Origin: Octopus sinensis
Taxonomy: Eukaryota
Reading direction: 5' to 3'
Assembly: GCF_006345805.1 (NCBI RefSeq)
Contig: NC_043016.1
Span: forward strand, 7,502,001 to 7,566,000
Length of the DNA stretch: 64,000 nt
Positions 62,868 through 64,000 of the stretch are shown piece after piece (position 1 is the stretch's first letter; every line of letters starts with the position of its first letter). A model generated the notes under the pieces. That model had not been told where the DNA came from. It saw only the letters and a list, made by a program, of their open reading frames with translations, and did not search any database. The translations under genes were made by a program, and so were the position numbers.

Positions 62868-63348
62868 GCATCAAAAATCAAATGGAAATTGTAGTTGCGA
62901 TACATGTGCCGGTGGCATGTAAAATGCACCATCCGTACGTGGCCGATGCCAGCACCACCTTGATTGGCTTCTGTGCTGGTGGCATGTAAAAAGCACCAAC
63001 CAATTGTGGCCATTGCCAGCCTCCCCTGGCACCTGTGCCGGTGGCACGTAAAAAGCACCATCTGTACATGGTCGATGCCAGAGCTACCTTGACTGGCTTC
63101 TGTACCGGTGGCACGTAAAAAGCACCAACTGATCGTGGCCATTGCCAGCCTCCCCTGGCACCTGTGCCGGTGGCACGTAAAAAGCACCCACTCCACTCAC
63201 GGAGTGGTTGGCATTAGGAAGGGCATGCAGCTGTAGAAACACTGCCAGATCAGACTGGAGCCTGGTGCAGCCTCCTGGCTTCCCAGATCCCCAGTCGAAC
63301 CATCCAACCTATGCTAGCATGGAAAACGGACATTAAACGATGATGATG
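62868..63348 (+). mobile_element. RTE 3'-tail with five tandem subrepeats
   Basis: gtgcNggtggcaYgtaaaaagcacc-type motif at 62906, 62973, 63035, 63102 and 63164, followed by the conserved terminus and (ATG)n. Confidence 0.9.
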
Positions 63349-64000
63349 TCATTAAAATCAGTTGTCATTATCATGATCATTGTTATTTATAATACTGTGT
63401 AAATTGAGGACAATTGGGTTGCTAATTTTAGCTCTCATGTAACCATACACATACTTCAGAATAGCCTCAATATATTGCTGTTGTTGAAATAGGATGGAGC
63501 ATTGCAGCTTCGAAATTTTGTTACATTATATTAGTTTTGGTAAATCTTCTGTTTAATAATATGACAGGGTCAATTATTGTAGTGTAATCTCTTGGAGTGG
63601 TAGAGCTATATAGTGTCTAGAATGCTACTGTGATGTGATATAATGTCTGAAGTAATAATGTAATGTATAATTTAGCATAGTGGCTGAGGTGATAATGAAA
63701 GCATTGTTTGTAATGGTAACATAATGTAATATCTAACGTGGTAATGCATTGTAGCATAGTGCTGTGTCTGGAGCAGTACCATTATTTTTGTGCTATAATA
63801 GATTAATATTTATATGGCTAGACAGTATGTTCTGCTTTTTCAATATTTCATTAAAAGCTAAAGTGGCAAGCTGGCAGAATCATTAGCATGCTGGGCAAAA
63901 TTCTTAGCATTTTGTCTGTCATTATGTTCCAAGTTCAAATGCTACTAAGGCTGACCTTGCCTTTCATATTTTTGGGAGAGTAAAGTAAGTACCAGTTAAG

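Overview
AT-rich animal genomic DNA with one 100-N gap (61209-61308). The SINE/LINE repertoire and (TA/CA/TG)n density point to an octopod cephalopod (inference). No prokaryotic systems, rRNA, true tRNA or CRISPR arrays are seen, and almost all long ORFs in the track are microsatellite artefacts. The window appears to lie inside a large minus-strand multi-exon gene that I cannot name: about 11 small candidate exons, six of which join in phase into 129 aa. Its introns hold two abundant tRNA-derived SINE families, a decayed 5'-truncated RTE LINE with an internal PHD-like finger, many RTE 3'-tail fragments, a CR1-type 3' end, Penelope-like (PLE) RT/GIY-YIG fragments, a Helitron RepHel fossil, MITEs and minisatellites. 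The most interesting signal is a set of type I hammerhead ribozyme motifs from about four PLE-associated families. One has an intact catalytic core, and two form long fold-back hairpins whose inversion points fall in the ribozyme's own palindromic stems. A compact pseudoknot-like motif is also tandemly amplified in the RTE 3' UTR.
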